Below, piece after piece: positions 1-9,784 of a stretch of DNA of 64,000 nucleotides. Every line of letters begins with the position of its first letter. Within the stretch, counting starts at the first letter, position 1. The DNA is from an uncultured Anaerolineales bacterium. GTDB taxonomy: Bacteria; Chloroflexota; Anaerolineae; B4-G1. Both the position numbers and the translations under genes were made by a program. The notes under the pieces were generated by a model. The model was not told the DNA's origin. It saw nothing but the letters and a program-made list of their open reading frames with translations, and did not search any database. The stretch spans positions 1,681 to 65,680 of the forward strand of contig CAZGSX010000003.1 of assembly GCA_964528475.1 (NCBI GenBank), in the 5' to 3' direction.

Positions 1-18
1 GGAATCCCTAGTGGCAAT

Positions 19-564
19 GTGCGCAATCACTGGACGCTCGCCTTCTCGCCCCAGACCGCCCTGAAGATGAATGTGAGGGCTGGAGCGGCAGATGGCAAGC
101 TCGACTTCACAGGGCTGCAGGTCTCTGAACTGGATGTCGACCTGGGAGCCGGCACGTTCACCCTGCTCTTCGACGCCCCGAATCCTGTGCCCATGGACCA
201 CCTGACGCTCGATACCGGGGCCTCGAAGATCCAGGTCGAGGGCGTAGGAAATGCGAGCCCAGGGACCGTTCGTGTTCAGGGAGGCGTTGGCGACATCAGC
301 CTGGACCTAACCGGGAACTGGACAAGATCAGCCGATGTGACAATCAGGGCGGGAGTCGGAGCACTGCGGGTGACCTTGCCCTCTGACGTCGGTGTCGAGA
401 TAAAAACAACGAGCGGTCTGACCAACATTGAGGCCTATGGACTTAGACAGATGGGCGGGACGTACACGAATGACGCCTTCGGCGAGACGGATGTCGAGTT
501 GCGAGTCAGCGTCATGACAGCGCTTGGCAACGTCCGGTTGATCGAAGAAGGCGCGGAGGAGTAG
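19..564 (+). CDS. DUF4097-like putative adhesin / toast-rack beta-helical protein (5' end probably upstream of window start)
   Basis: Repetitive G/V/D-rich beta-strand pattern (GVGNASPGTVRVQGGVGDISLDLTGN, IRAGVGALRVTLPSDVGVEIKTTSG) typical of DUF4097/LiaG-like C-terminal domains. Open to the window edge; followed 1 nt later by a related repeat protein. Confidence 0.5.
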   Translation: MRNHWTLAFSPQTALKMNVRAGAADGKLDFTGLQVSELDVDLGAGTFTLLFDAPNPVPMDHLTLDTGASKIQVEGVGNASPGTVRVQGGVGDISLDLTGNWTRSADVTIRAGVGALRVTLPSDVGVEIKTTSGLTNIEAYGLRQMGGTYTNDAFGETDVELRVSVMTALGNVRLIEEGAEE

Positions 565-1727
565 TGATCCTGCCGAACCAGGGGCTGAAAGGAAGAGCAG
601 AGATGTATCAGCGAATAGGGATTGGATTGGTCGCAGTTCTCGCCTTGGGACTTCTGCTCCCGTTGATGTCGGTGACGGCCGCAAGCGGGCGTCCCGATGA
701 TGGCATCGTCATCTGGAATGAGGACTACATCCTCGCCGAGGGTGAAACAGTCGACGGCAATGTCATTGTCTTCAACGGGAATACAACCCTGGAGACGCAG
801 AGCCGGGTGAGAGGGGATGTAGTCGTCTGGAATGGCAACATCGATGCAGACGGCGTCATTGAAGGTAATCTCGTGGCGTCGAACGGGGACATCCAGCTAC
901 GCAGAAACGCTGAGGCCCAAGGCGACGTGGTATGCAGTTGGAACTGCAACATCGAGCGGGAAGAGGGATCCAGCGTCGGGGGAACGCTCGTGAGAGGGCC
1001 CTCGCTCCGGGGGTTCCTCCCCTTTGCTCAGCTCAGCCAGCCGAGGGCGATGGTGAGCAGGCCGGTCGAAGAGACGAGGCCGTTCTGGCTCTCGACCATG
1101 GAGCAGCTGCTCAGGGGGATCTTCCGCATGGCTCGCTGCTTGGCGACGATCCTGGTGATCGCCGTGACAGCAGGACTGGTGGCGCTCATCTGGCCAGATG
1201 CGACCTCTCAGATGGGCCAAACTGCCTTCGAGTCCCCGGGGACCAGCTTTGGGGTCGGCCTGCTCACCGTGGTCGCCGGCGTGGCTCTGATCATCACTTT
1301 GGCGGTCACCATCTGCCTCTCGCCCGCCGCCCTTCTCATAGCCGTCGCCCTCAGCGCTGCTGGACTGCTGGGATGGGTTGCGGTTGGGGCTCGGGTGGGC
1401 AGACGGCTCCTGAGAGCGTTGAACGCCAGTGAGGTCACGCCGACGTTGAGCGCTGGCTTGGGCACGCTGGTCATCAGCCTGGTCAGTGCAGGACTGAGTC
1501 GCGCCCTCTGCCTTTCTCCTCTCGGCTGGTTCCTCGTCCTCGTGCTGGGCTGTCTTGGGCTTGGCGCGGTTGTGCTGACACGTCTGGGCACCAGAGCCTA
1601 TGTCCCCGCACACGCTCGGGAGCCGATCGCCCCCGGCCCCCCGCTGGACGGTGGGGAAGGACCAGGCGAACTGGGCGTCGAGGAGGAAGGTGTAGAACAG
1701 CCTTCTGAGGGAGAGAATGGCGGCTGA
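564..1727 (+). CDS. Membrane protein with N-terminal bactofilin-like (polymer-forming cytoskeletal) repeat domain and C-terminal multi-TM region. Likely real start is ATG at 603, preceded by GGAAGAG.
   Basis: GNVIVFNGNTTL / GDVVVWNGNIDADGVIEGNLVASNGDIQL repeat motif. Four or more hydrophobic helices (ATILVIAVTAGLVALIW, VGLLTVVAGVALIITLAV, LLIAVALSAAGLLGWVAV, WFLVLVLGCLGLGAVVL). Acidic Pro/Gly tail. Confidence 0.45.
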   Translation: MILPNQGLKGRAEMYQRIGIGLVAVLALGLLLPLMSVTAASGRPDDGIVIWNEDYILAEGETVDGNVIVFNGNTTLETQSRVRGDVVVWNGNIDADGVIEGNLVASNGDIQLRRNAEAQGDVVCSWNCNIEREEGSSVGGTLVRGPSLRGFLPFAQLSQPRAMVSRPVEETRPFWLSTMEQLLRGIFRMARCLATILVIAVTAGLVALIWPDATSQMGQTAFESPGTSFGVGLLTVVAGVALIITLAVTICLSPAALLIAVALSAAGLLGWVAVGARVGRRLLRALNASEVTPTLSAGLGTLVISLVSAGLSRALCLSPLGWFLVLVLGCLGLGAVVLTRLGTRAYVPAHAREPIAPGPPLDGGEGPGELGVEEEGVEQPSEGENGG

Positions 1728-1992
1728 ACAGGCACCGTGATTGACCGTCCTATTGCGGAACATCCAGAGGGTCGGCGTCGTCTATAGACTGGATAGGACG
1801 GAGCAGAGCCTGACGAGCTCGTCCGCTGACGGCAGAGCGAGGGATGTGACAAAATCAAGGATGCGCCACAGAGAACAGACTAGAACCGCAAAGCCAGCTA
1901 GAATCAGGGGGCGACAGGTGGGCAGCCATCAAAGAAACAGCAAGATGCCTCTGATGGGGCGTGGTCGAGATCATCTTGATCAGCCTTAACGA

Positions 1993-2880
1993 ATGACATA
2001 TGCAAGAGCTAGGGAGAGGGCTATGAAGACGCGACGGTTTGGCCGCACTGATCATCGCAGCACGCTTGCCATTCTGGGGGGCTTTGCGTTCTCTGAGGTG
2101 ACGCAGGCTAGAGCTGACGAGGTGATGGAGAAGGTCATTGATGCCGGCATCAACCACATCGACGTGGCTCCGAGTTATGGGCGCGCCGAAGAGCGCCTGG
2201 GCCCGTGGTTGGCGAGAGAACGAGGGCGCTTCTTCGTCGGCTGCAAGACGACGGAGCGGACGAAGCAGGGGGCGGCGCGAGAGATGCGAGAATCGCTGGA
2301 GCGCCTCCAGATTGACGCGTTCGATCTATACCAGTTGCACGCCGTGACGAGCCTGGAGGAGTTGGATGAGGCGACAGCGGCGGACGGGGCACTTCAAGCG
2401 ATTCTGGATGCGCAGCAGGAAGGACTGACGCGTTTCATCGGCATCACGACGCACGGCATGGACGCCCCATCGGTCCTGTTGGAGGCGCTCAGCCGGTTCG
2501 ACTTCGACTCGGTGCTCTTCCCAGTGAACTTCGTCCTCTACTCGGACGACGATTACCGCCGCACGGCCGAAGAGCTACTACAAGTGTGTCTGGCCCGCGA
2601 CGTGGGGATGATGGCCATCAAGGCGATCGCAAAGGGCCTGTGGGAGGATGATGGAGAGAGAACGTACACGACCTGGTACCAGCCCTTTGACCAGCCTGAG
2701 GACATCCAGAGGGGCATCGACTTCGCTCTGTCGCAGGGAGTCAGCGGACTCTGCACGGTGGGTGACATAAGCTTGCTGCCACGTTTTGTCGCCGCGTGCG
2801 AGTCGTTTACGCCAATGGATGAGGAGGAGCAGGAGGCGATAATCGCCAAAGGTGAGCAATACGAGCCCATCTTCAACTGA
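1993..2880 (+). CDS. Aldo/keto reductase family oxidoreductase (probable start at ATG 2023, MKTRRFGRT)
   Basis: AKR signature GINHIDVAPSYG...E; LYQLHA motif; about 285 aa, typical AKR size. Confidence 0.8.
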   Translation: MTYARARERAMKTRRFGRTDHRSTLAILGGFAFSEVTQARADEVMEKVIDAGINHIDVAPSYGRAEERLGPWLARERGRFFVGCKTTERTKQGAAREMRESLERLQIDAFDLYQLHAVTSLEELDEATAADGALQAILDAQQEGLTRFIGITTHGMDAPSVLLEALSRFDFDSVLFPVNFVLYSDDDYRRTAEELLQVCLARDVGMMAIKAIAKGLWEDDGERTYTTWYQPFDQPEDIQRGIDFALSQGVSGLCTVGDISLLPRFVAACESFTPMDEEEQEAIIAKGEQYEPIFN

Positions 2881-2957
2881 CGCTACCGGTCTGATGCTAG
2901 CTCGGCCGCAGACACCTTCGTCCTGAACATGTCTTTGCCAGCAGCGGAGGAGGAGAA

Positions 2958-3677
2958 ATGAACCCACGATCAATCGTTTCAATATGTCTACTTGTGCTGA
3001 TGGTGGCAGGTTGTGGTAGGCGTGCCATACCAGCACCTGCTACGCCGACGCCCGAGCGGACGGTCAGCGAGAGCCCTCTCGCGCCTCCCCTCACACCCAC
3101 ACCCGCACCGACGGAGCAGACAAGTCCACTGCCTGATCCCGACACCAGTCCCCTCCAGCCGCCCGTCAGCAAGACTGAAGACGTCGTAGCTGCTGCCCAG
3201 GCCTACCTGGCCGAGGAGTTATCCGTCGATCTTGACCGGATAGAAGCAGTCAGTGTTGAGCCTGTCGAGTGGCCGGACACCAGCCTGGGATGCCCGGAGC
3301 CGGGGGAGGCCTACCTGCAGGTCATTACACCGGGGTATCGAATCATACTGGAGGCCGACGAGAAGCGGTACAGGGTACACACCGACCAAGACGGGGAGGC
3401 GATCCGCATCTGCGAACCACAACTGGAGAAGGGCCCTGCCGCCGCCGTGGCCTACCTGGCCCAGGCACTGGACATATCGGAGGAAGAGATCGAGGTGATG
3501 TCCATCGAAAGGTACGAATGGCCGGACGCCAGCTTGGGCTGCCCGGAACCGGGCAAGTCGTATATTCAGGTCGTCACGCCCGGCTACCGGGTGATTCTGA
3601 GGGCCCGAGGAGAGCTGTATGAGGTCCGCACCGACCTAGAGGGTGGGATCACGGTCCTCTGTGACCGCACTGACTGA
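2958..3677 (+). CDS. Lipoprotein of unknown function with internal tandem duplication (two ~85-aa Cys-containing repeats)
   Basis: Signal peptide plus lipobox (LLVLMVAGC-G). Pro/Thr linker. Repeat 1 VEPVEWPDTSLGCPEPGEAYLQVITPGYRIILEADEKRYRVHTDQDGEAIRICEP and repeat 2 IERYEWPDASLGCPEPGKSYIQVVTPGYRVILRARGELYEVRTDLEGGITVLCD. Confidence 0.6.
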   Translation: MNPRSIVSICLLVLMVAGCGRRAIPAPATPTPERTVSESPLAPPLTPTPAPTEQTSPLPDPDTSPLQPPVSKTEDVVAAAQAYLAEELSVDLDRIEAVSVEPVEWPDTSLGCPEPGEAYLQVITPGYRIILEADEKRYRVHTDQDGEAIRICEPQLEKGPAAAVAYLAQALDISEEEIEVMSIERYEWPDASLGCPEPGKSYIQVVTPGYRVILRARGELYEVRTDLEGGITVLCDRTD

Positions 3678-3828
3678 GACGCCAGATCATGCTGCGGGGT
3701 CCCTCTCAAGCACCCCCGCGGGCGGCGAGACCGAATGGGTTACCAACAGGAGCTCCGCAATGCGGAGCTCCTTCTCTTTCCGACACTCGTTCGCCGGAAG
3801 CGACGCATTAGCCGGCGCGATATCGAGT

Positions 3829-4737
3829 CTACTGACCTTCGACAATCGCCGCAAAGTCGTCCAGAGTCATCCCTCCACGAACTCTCAGCCGCGGCATCGT
3901 GAAGAGGCCTGCACGCGTGTGCATCTTTCCCCACTCCGTGGTGACGGCTCCCCAGTAGCCAGCTGACGCAAGCACGTCCACTACGTCAGCGTCCCATCGC
4001 CCTGACGGATAACAGAAGAAGCGGGGTGCGCGGTCGGTATGGTATTCTATGGCCTCTTTGATGCCCAGGATCTGATAGACGAGAAAGTCGTAGGAGCGTC
4101 CTCGGAGATCCACGTGGTCTCGACCGTGAGCTTGGATGTCCATGCCCGCGTCGGACATCTCCCGCATCTGCGCCCAGGTGAGGTAGGCAGCACTCTCCTG
4201 GTGAGCGGGAGTCGCCAACACGAAGAAGGTGGCCGGGAAACCGTACTCCAGAAGTCTAGGGAAAACAACCTCGTGGGCGTCGCGGTAGCCATCGTCGAAC
4301 GTGAGGGCGATCGGGTTCTCCGGGAGCGGGTATCCCTCGGTGAGGTAGAGATACAGGTCAGTCAAGGTGATGGGGTGGTACTCCGCTTCCTCCAGGAACG
4401 CCAGTTGGGCGTCAAAAGCCTCCGGAGAGACGGTCAGGTCACGTCGGTACTGATCGGAGTTGGCAGGCAGATCCGAGACATAATGGTACATCAGGATCGG
4501 CACATCCGCCTGCTCGGGCAAAGGCACCGGCGTAGCGGTAGGCCGGGATGCACGCTGAACCGCATCCGCTTCGGAGTCCTCGGCAACGTCCAGCGCTGGG
4601 CTGTGATAGGGAATCTCCCAGCGTCCGTGACTCGGAACGGCAGCGAGGGCAAGCAAGATCACCACTAGCAGGAGGCCAGATCCCAGAACCTTCGCTGTGC
4701 GCCACGTTCCCCGTCGCAAACATTCACCCAGTTTCAT
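3829..4737 (-). CDS. Polysaccharide deacetylase (NodB-homology, CE4) with N-terminal signal/TM
   Basis: NodB motifs TFDDGYRD, HGRDHVDL; N-terminal hydrophobic helix LLLVVILLALAA. Confidence 0.85.
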   Translation of the reverse strand: MKLGECLRRGTWRTAKVLGSGLLLVVILLALAAVPSHGRWEIPYHSPALDVAEDSEADAVQRASRPTATPVPLPEQADVPILMYHYVSDLPANSDQYRRDLTVSPEAFDAQLAFLEEAEYHPITLTDLYLYLTEGYPLPENPIALTFDDGYRDAHEVVFPRLLEYGFPATFFVLATPAHQESAAYLTWAQMREMSDAGMDIQAHGRDHVDLRGRSYDFLVYQILGIKEAIEYHTDRAPRFFCYPSGRWDADVVDVLASAGYWGAVTTEWGKMHTRAGLFTMPRLRVRGGMTLDDFAAIVEGQ

Positions 4738-4921
4738 CGTTACAATTCTCAGCCTCCACCAACCAGCGATACAATACCCTGATCATATGGGGCTGTCAAC
4801 CTTCCCGTCTCGCCGAGATGTGATGAAGCGACCGTCTGGGCAAACGCACGCAACGCAGATGCCCGCATACTAGCTCTTGCCGGACAAGGCCGGGCTTGAA
4901 GCTGACGTCCGACAGAACTGA

Positions 4922-5560
4922 TCAGTCTCGCCGAGAGACGCGCCACTGCCGGAGAGCCTGACGTGTGGCATCGAATGCCAGGGATGGAAGCCGATCGGGG
5001 TCAAAAAAACGAGCACGATCCGCGTCATCAGCGCCGTGAGGTACACCACCCGGCACCTTACCGCTATAGACAATCACAATATCTGCACCAGCCGCGTGTT
5101 CCTCCCCACCAACGACGTCCACCAGACCGGTGATCTCAACATCCAAGCCAGTCTCCTCGCGGCATTCTCGAACAGCTGCCTCGATCGGCGCCTCATCGTA
5201 ATCCACAAATCCACCGGGGAAAGTCCACAGCCCGCGTCGGGGTTCCATCCGTCGTCGGACGAGAAGCACCTGGCCGTCGCGCTCGGCGATCACCCCGGCT
5301 GCCACCTTATGCTCGCGAAAGACCACCATTTGACAGGAAGGGCAATAGCACCTTGAACGTCCGAACACATGCTTGACCTCAAGCGCGTGGCCACAGCGGG
5401 GGCAGTAGTTCAACTCCGGGGTTCGTGCCAAGGTGTATTGTCCTACGTCAGACTTCGGGGTGGCTGGCGCTGCTCGGCAGGACGGTACCCAGCGGGTGTC
5501 GCTGCTTCGCTTAAGACCGTGCTTGCCGACGGCGGCGTCGCCAAGCGCGAATCGTGGCAA
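4922..5560 (-). CDS. NUDIX hydrolase with N-terminal C4 zinc-ribbon (NudC-like). Annotated start overlaps the upstream anti-sigma gene by 50 nt; the true start is probably an internal or non-ATG codon.
   Basis: CPRCG...CPSC zinc ribbon. Nudix box GGFVDYDEAPIEAAVRECREETGL. Confidence 0.8.
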   Translation of the reverse strand: MPRFALGDAAVGKHGLKRSSDTRWVPSCRAAPATPKSDVGQYTLARTPELNYCPRCGHALEVKHVFGRSRCYCPSCQMVVFREHKVAAGVIAERDGQVLLVRRRMEPRRGLWTFPGGFVDYDEAPIEAAVRECREETGLDVEITGLVDVVGGEEHAAGADIVIVYSGKVPGGVPHGADDADRARFFDPDRLPSLAFDATRQALRQWRVSRRD

Positions 5561-6494
5561 CTACCAGTCCCACAGAGGCAAGGCCCAGCGAAATCTCGAG
5601 CGCAATCCATCCCCAAGGGCGCGACCTCAGAGCACCTATCTCCCTTGCACCTGGATCTGGCACAGCAGTAACCTCCGTCTGGTCAGGCGTGGGGGCCACC
5701 CACTCTGATCCGTTCCGGGCCAGCGCCGGTGCCTCGGCAGGGATGGTCGGGGTGAGATCAGTCATGGCCGTCACCGTGGGAGCCTCCAGGTCTCCACCCA
5801 GCTCCGCAGCTTCCTCCTCAGGGAGAATCTCCGCGGGAGGCGGAGTCGCCCCCGCTCCAGGTGGAGCTTGAGCCGCTCTGGTCGCCGCGGCGGAATCGTC
5901 TATCTCCTCAGTGAACGCCTTCTCCCCTTCTGGCAGCGGCTCCATCCCCTCCTGTGGTGGGACAGGAGAGGAGGGCGCGCGGTCCTTTGCTGGGTACGCC
6001 CCTGACTCACCTTCTTCAGCGGTCATCGCCTCAAGCGGCGCCTCCAGTTCCGCAAGCGGCGCAGGTGCGGAGGCCAGCCCCCCCACGCCAGGCAGCAGCA
6101 GATCACTGACCAATACCACAACAAAGAGAAGGCTCACCAGCGCAGTCGCCATTGTCAGCGCCGGCGCCACCCAGGCTCTCGTTCTCCTTTCTGGCTCCAG
6201 GCGTGGGCGGTGCACTTCAGCCCCTGAGCTCCGCTGTTCGACCATTGACTGCATCACTAAGAAGTTACGCGGTGCAGGCACCGACGGCAACTCGCGCACC
6301 AGTGAAACGGTCCGATGCATCGCTCGCAGTTCCGCACGCAGGGTCGGGTCCCGGGACAATCGTGCATCCAGATCGGCCTGCTGTGCCTCGCCTAGCTCAC
6401 CGTCCAGGTATGCCGAGAGTAACTCGTCAAGCTGCTCTTTGTCTTTGTCCCGATGACGCCCGAATAGTGGTAACATGCTCTTTGGTCGATCCAC
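5511..6494 (-). CDS. Membrane-spanning anti-sigma factor (cognate to the upstream ECF sigma factor)
   Basis: N-terminal anti-sigma domain (LDELLSAYLDGELGEAQQADLDARL). TM helix, Pro/Ala/Glu-rich extracytoplasmic region, second C-terminal TM. Start codon 36 nt downstream of the sigma gene stop. Confidence 0.7.
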   Translation of the reverse strand: MDRPKSMLPLFGRHRDKDKEQLDELLSAYLDGELGEAQQADLDARLSRDPTLRAELRAMHRTVSLVRELPSVPAPRNFLVMQSMVEQRSSGAEVHRPRLEPERRTRAWVAPALTMATALVSLLFVVVLVSDLLLPGVGGLASAPAPLAELEAPLEAMTAEEGESGAYPAKDRAPSSPVPPQEGMEPLPEGEKAFTEEIDDSAAATRAAQAPPGAGATPPPAEILPEEEAAELGGDLEAPTVTAMTDLTPTIPAEAPALARNGSEWVAPTPDQTEVTAVPDPGAREIGALRSRPWGWIALEISLGLASVGLVVATIRAWRRRRRQARS

Positions 6495-6530
6495 GCTTTC
6501 TAGATACTGCGTTTGATTGTTGTCCGTCTC

Positions 6531-7139
6531 CTATTTAAGACGATATTGATGGGGCAAAAGTTCCCCTTGGTCGCGGAGATAGTCTCGCAGCTTACCTCGC
6601 GCCCGTGCCAGACGCGACTTCACAGTCCCCAGCGGTACATCCGTTGCCTCGGCCACGTCCTGATAGCTGAGACCTTGAACGTCCGCCAGCACAAGGGTGA
6701 CCCGTTGGTCTGCGGGTAGCATCTGGATGCCGGACTGGATCACGCGCGCCATTTCCTCGCGCTCGGTGTACGCCTCCGGCCCCTCGATATCGCTGACCAG
6801 CGCAGGATTAGCCTCCTCGTCAATCTCGAAATCCTCGATCGATGTCGTGGGGTGACGCTTACGGCGACGCAGCTCGTCGTAGCAAGCGTTCGACACAATG
6901 CGCATCAGCCACGACTTGAAGGAAGCGGGATGCTCTCCTCGGAAACCCTCGATGTGCTGATAGGCGGAGATGAAGGCCTCCTGAGTGGCGTCCGAGGCCG
7001 CAGCGGGATCGCTCATGATGCGATAGGCGAGATTGTACACCTGACCCTGGTACGCCAACACGAGCTCGTTGAAGGCATCTAGATTCCCTCGCTGAGCCGC
7101 CGCGATCAGCCGATCCCGCTCTTCATCTTTCAGAGGCAT
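6531..7139 (-). CDS. ECF (sigma-70 family, group IV) RNA polymerase sigma factor
   Basis: Region 2 (AFISAYQHIEGFRGEHPASFKSWLMRIVSNACYDELRR) and region 4 (LADVQGLSYQDVAEATDVPLGTVKSRLARARGKL). Confidence 0.9.
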   Translation of the reverse strand: MPLKDEERDRLIAAAQRGNLDAFNELVLAYQGQVYNLAYRIMSDPAAASDATQEAFISAYQHIEGFRGEHPASFKSWLMRIVSNACYDELRRRKRHPTTSIEDFEIDEEANPALVSDIEGPEAYTEREEMARVIQSGIQMLPADQRVTLVLADVQGLSYQDVAEATDVPLGTVKSRLARARGKLRDYLRDQGELLPHQYRLK

Positions 7140-7423
7140 GGTTTCCGGGCGCTACTCATCCACAGGCTGCTCTGTCGCTTGCCAGTGAGCCACACTCATT
7201 ATGGCACAGAGAGGGCTTCGCGTCAAAGCGTAGCTCCCTTGCTCACAAACCCGAGAGCCGCTCAGCTCAGGTCATTGAGCCGGAGAAGATGGGACACGTG
7301 AACCGGGTGAGCGGCAAGATGTGCGGAGGCCGTCCGCAGATTTCGCAGCTCATACGGATTACGGCGGAGGGCTGGAGAAGCTGTCCGCAGGTGGGGCGCA
7401 GGCGGTTCGCAATCCCCGGCTCG

Positions 7424-9541
7424 CTAGGCTGCCTCGTCCAGCACGACCCGCACATCCACGGCCCAGGCCCCTTCACCAACCTGACCAACGATGAGCGGGT
7501 TCAAATCGATCTCAGACACCTCCGGGAGGTCCATTATCAGCCTCGCGACCCGACCTAGGGCATCAACAACGGCCTCCGTATCCGAGGCCGGCTGTCCGCG
7601 AACGCCCTCGAGGAGCTTCCCGGCCGCCGTCTCCTGGATCATCTCACGAGCATCCGCCTCACTCAATGGGGCCAGACGGAAAGCTACATCCTCAAACACC
7701 TCAACGTACACGCCACCGAGCCCAAACATAACCAGCGGTCCGAACTGCTCATCACGTTGGGCCCCCACGATCACCTCTAGCCCATCCGGCGCCATCCGCT
7801 GCACGTAGGCCTGCTCATCGACCCCGATGATTCTGCCAAAGGCGTCCCGCACGGCCTGCGCATCCGAAAGGTGCAACGCTACTCCCCCTACGTCGGTCTT
7901 GTGGACCACACCCGGTGCTACACGTTTCAGCGCCACCGGGTATCCCAGTCGATCGGCAGCAACGACGGCACCATCCGCCGTCTCCACCAGGTCCGCCGAA
8001 GGCACCGTCAGCCCATACGCCTCAACCAGCTGAGCCCCAGCGTTCGCGTCCAGCACGTGTCCCTCGGGCACCCTCTCCAGAAGAGCACGCGCCCGCTTCC
8101 GCTTGATCCCGATCGGCGCTGTATATTCCCGTCTGCGTTTCTTCTGTATCTGGTTGTAGCGCCGCAAGGCCCCGAGGCCGAGGGCTGCCCGTGCTGGCGT
8201 CAGGTAGTGGGGGACAAGATGTCCGTGGAGAATCTTTGCTGCACGACGGATCTTCCCACCGCCGTAGATGCAACAGACCACCGGCTTCTGCATGTCCCGA
8301 GCACGCGCACCTACCGCCTCGGCAACCTCGGGCGGGCCGGTCAAAGCTTGCGGAACGAAGACCACCAGTACGCCGTCCACCTCCGTCGCCTGGGACAGGA
8401 CATCCAGGGCATCTGTGAAATGCTTGGGCTCCGCTCCGCCAAGCATATCAACAGGATTACGCAGCATCGTGCCGGGCGGGCAGACCCCGCTCAAACGGGC
8501 CTGCGTATCGTCGCGGAGATGGCCCAGATGTAACCCCTGTCGGTCCAAGGCATCCGCTGCCACAGCTGCCGGGCCGCCAGCGTTGGTGAGCAAAGCGATG
8601 CGATCGCCAGACAGTGGCCGTCGGTAGGCGAGGGCCAGGCTGGCGTCCATCAATCCCTGCAGATCCTCCACATCTAGCGCTCCGGCGCGACGGCAGGCGG
8701 CCTCGAAGGCCCGGGCCTCACCAGCCAGAGCGCCGGTGTGAGAGGCTACAGCTCGCGTCCCGCTCGGTGTGCGTCCGGCCTTGACCACCACCAGCGGCTT
8801 CTCCTGCGCAAGATCAGACGCCACATCGACAAACGCCCGTCCGTTCGGAAGTCCCTCCACGTACGCCGCCACCACCCGAGTATACGGGTCAGCTGCCAGA
8901 GACGCGAGGGCATCGGCCATGTTCACATCGACCTGATTGCCCAAACTGATGATGCGAGAGAAGCCAACCCCCACGGTGTTGGCCCAGTCAACCGTGCCTC
9001 CGCAGATCGCCCCGGAATGGGATGCGAAACCGATGGGCCCCCGCTCCGGCATGGCCGTCAAGAACGTGGTGTCAACACGGCTAGTCGTGTCGAGTACCCC
9101 TATGCAGTTTGGTCCGATGACACGCATTTCGTATCTCTCGATGATCTCTCGCAGCTCCGCCTCTCGCTCCTCACCGCTGGCGCCCAGCTCGCCAAAGCCG
9201 CTGGCGACGACCACGGCCGCGCGGATACCACGCTCCCCGCAAGCCGCGACAGTCTGAATCGATAGATCCGGAGGGAGGACGATGACCGCGAGCTCCACCG
9301 GATCCGGCAGATCTGCCACGGAGGTATGGACATCCAACCCCAAGATCTTCCGCCCCTTGGGATTGACTGGGTACACCGGGCCGTCATAGCCGTGAGTCGC
9401 TAGATTATGCAGCACACCGTAGCTGAGCTTGTTCGGGTTCGAGCTGGCGCCGATGACAGCCACACCGTGGGGATGGAAGAAGGTATGCAGAGGATCCATA
9501 GTGAGCGTACACCTCCAGGCAGTAGGCACTAGACACCACAC
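7424..9541 (-). CDS. Acetyl-CoA synthetase (ADP-forming) / acetate--CoA ligase family, fused CoA-binding, ligase-CoA and ATP-grasp domains (probable start MDPLHTFF near 9499)
   Basis: CoA-binding Rossmann (VAVIGASSNPNKLSYGV...YPVNPKG), succinyl-CoA synthetase-like core, C-terminal ATP-grasp (GYPVALKRVAPGVVHKTDVGGV...MFGLGGVYVEVFED). Paralog of 26393-28501. Confidence 0.85.
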   Translation of the reverse strand: MWCLVPTAWRCTLTMDPLHTFFHPHGVAVIGASSNPNKLSYGVLHNLATHGYDGPVYPVNPKGRKILGLDVHTSVADLPDPVELAVIVLPPDLSIQTVAACGERGIRAAVVVASGFGELGASGEEREAELREIIERYEMRVIGPNCIGVLDTTSRVDTTFLTAMPERGPIGFASHSGAICGGTVDWANTVGVGFSRIISLGNQVDVNMADALASLAADPYTRVVAAYVEGLPNGRAFVDVASDLAQEKPLVVVKAGRTPSGTRAVASHTGALAGEARAFEAACRRAGALDVEDLQGLMDASLALAYRRPLSGDRIALLTNAGGPAAVAADALDRQGLHLGHLRDDTQARLSGVCPPGTMLRNPVDMLGGAEPKHFTDALDVLSQATEVDGVLVVFVPQALTGPPEVAEAVGARARDMQKPVVCCIYGGGKIRRAAKILHGHLVPHYLTPARAALGLGALRRYNQIQKKRRREYTAPIGIKRKRARALLERVPEGHVLDANAGAQLVEAYGLTVPSADLVETADGAVVAADRLGYPVALKRVAPGVVHKTDVGGVALHLSDAQAVRDAFGRIIGVDEQAYVQRMAPDGLEVIVGAQRDEQFGPLVMFGLGGVYVEVFEDVAFRLAPLSEADAREMIQETAAGKLLEGVRGQPASDTEAVVDALGRVARLIMDLPEVSEIDLNPLIVGQVGEGAWAVDVRVVLDEAA

Positions 9542-9746
9542 GGAGCATCCACCCCGCGTCAGCCAGTGCTCTTGCTTTCACGGTGCCATGATACTGGCAC
9601 AGGCCCGGTCTTGTCCAGCGACGGGCATTGCGCCTCAGGGCACGAATGACGTTCGGACCAAAGATATCATCTGACCCAGGCTTCGCGCCCACCCAGCTGG
9701 CAATGAAGCGAGATGGTGGTCAGGATACAAGATCGGAAGGGAGAAG

Positions 9747-9775
9747 TTGACCGGAGGGAGGTTCTCTGGTATAGT
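9747..9775 (+). promoter_or_regulatory. Putative sigma-70 promoter for tRNA-Leu: TTGACC -17- TGGTATAGT (extended -10)
   Basis: TTGACC 9747-9752, 17-bp spacer, TGG + TATAGT 9767-9775; tRNA 5' end 10 nt downstream. Confidence 0.5.
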
Positions 9776-9784
9776 TATTTTGGA

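Noticed and set aside
897-1763. 288-aa ORF on minus strand
   Set aside because: Antisense to the better-supported bactofilin-like membrane protein gene (564-1727). Arg/Pro-rich composition typical of antisense frames in high-GC DNA.
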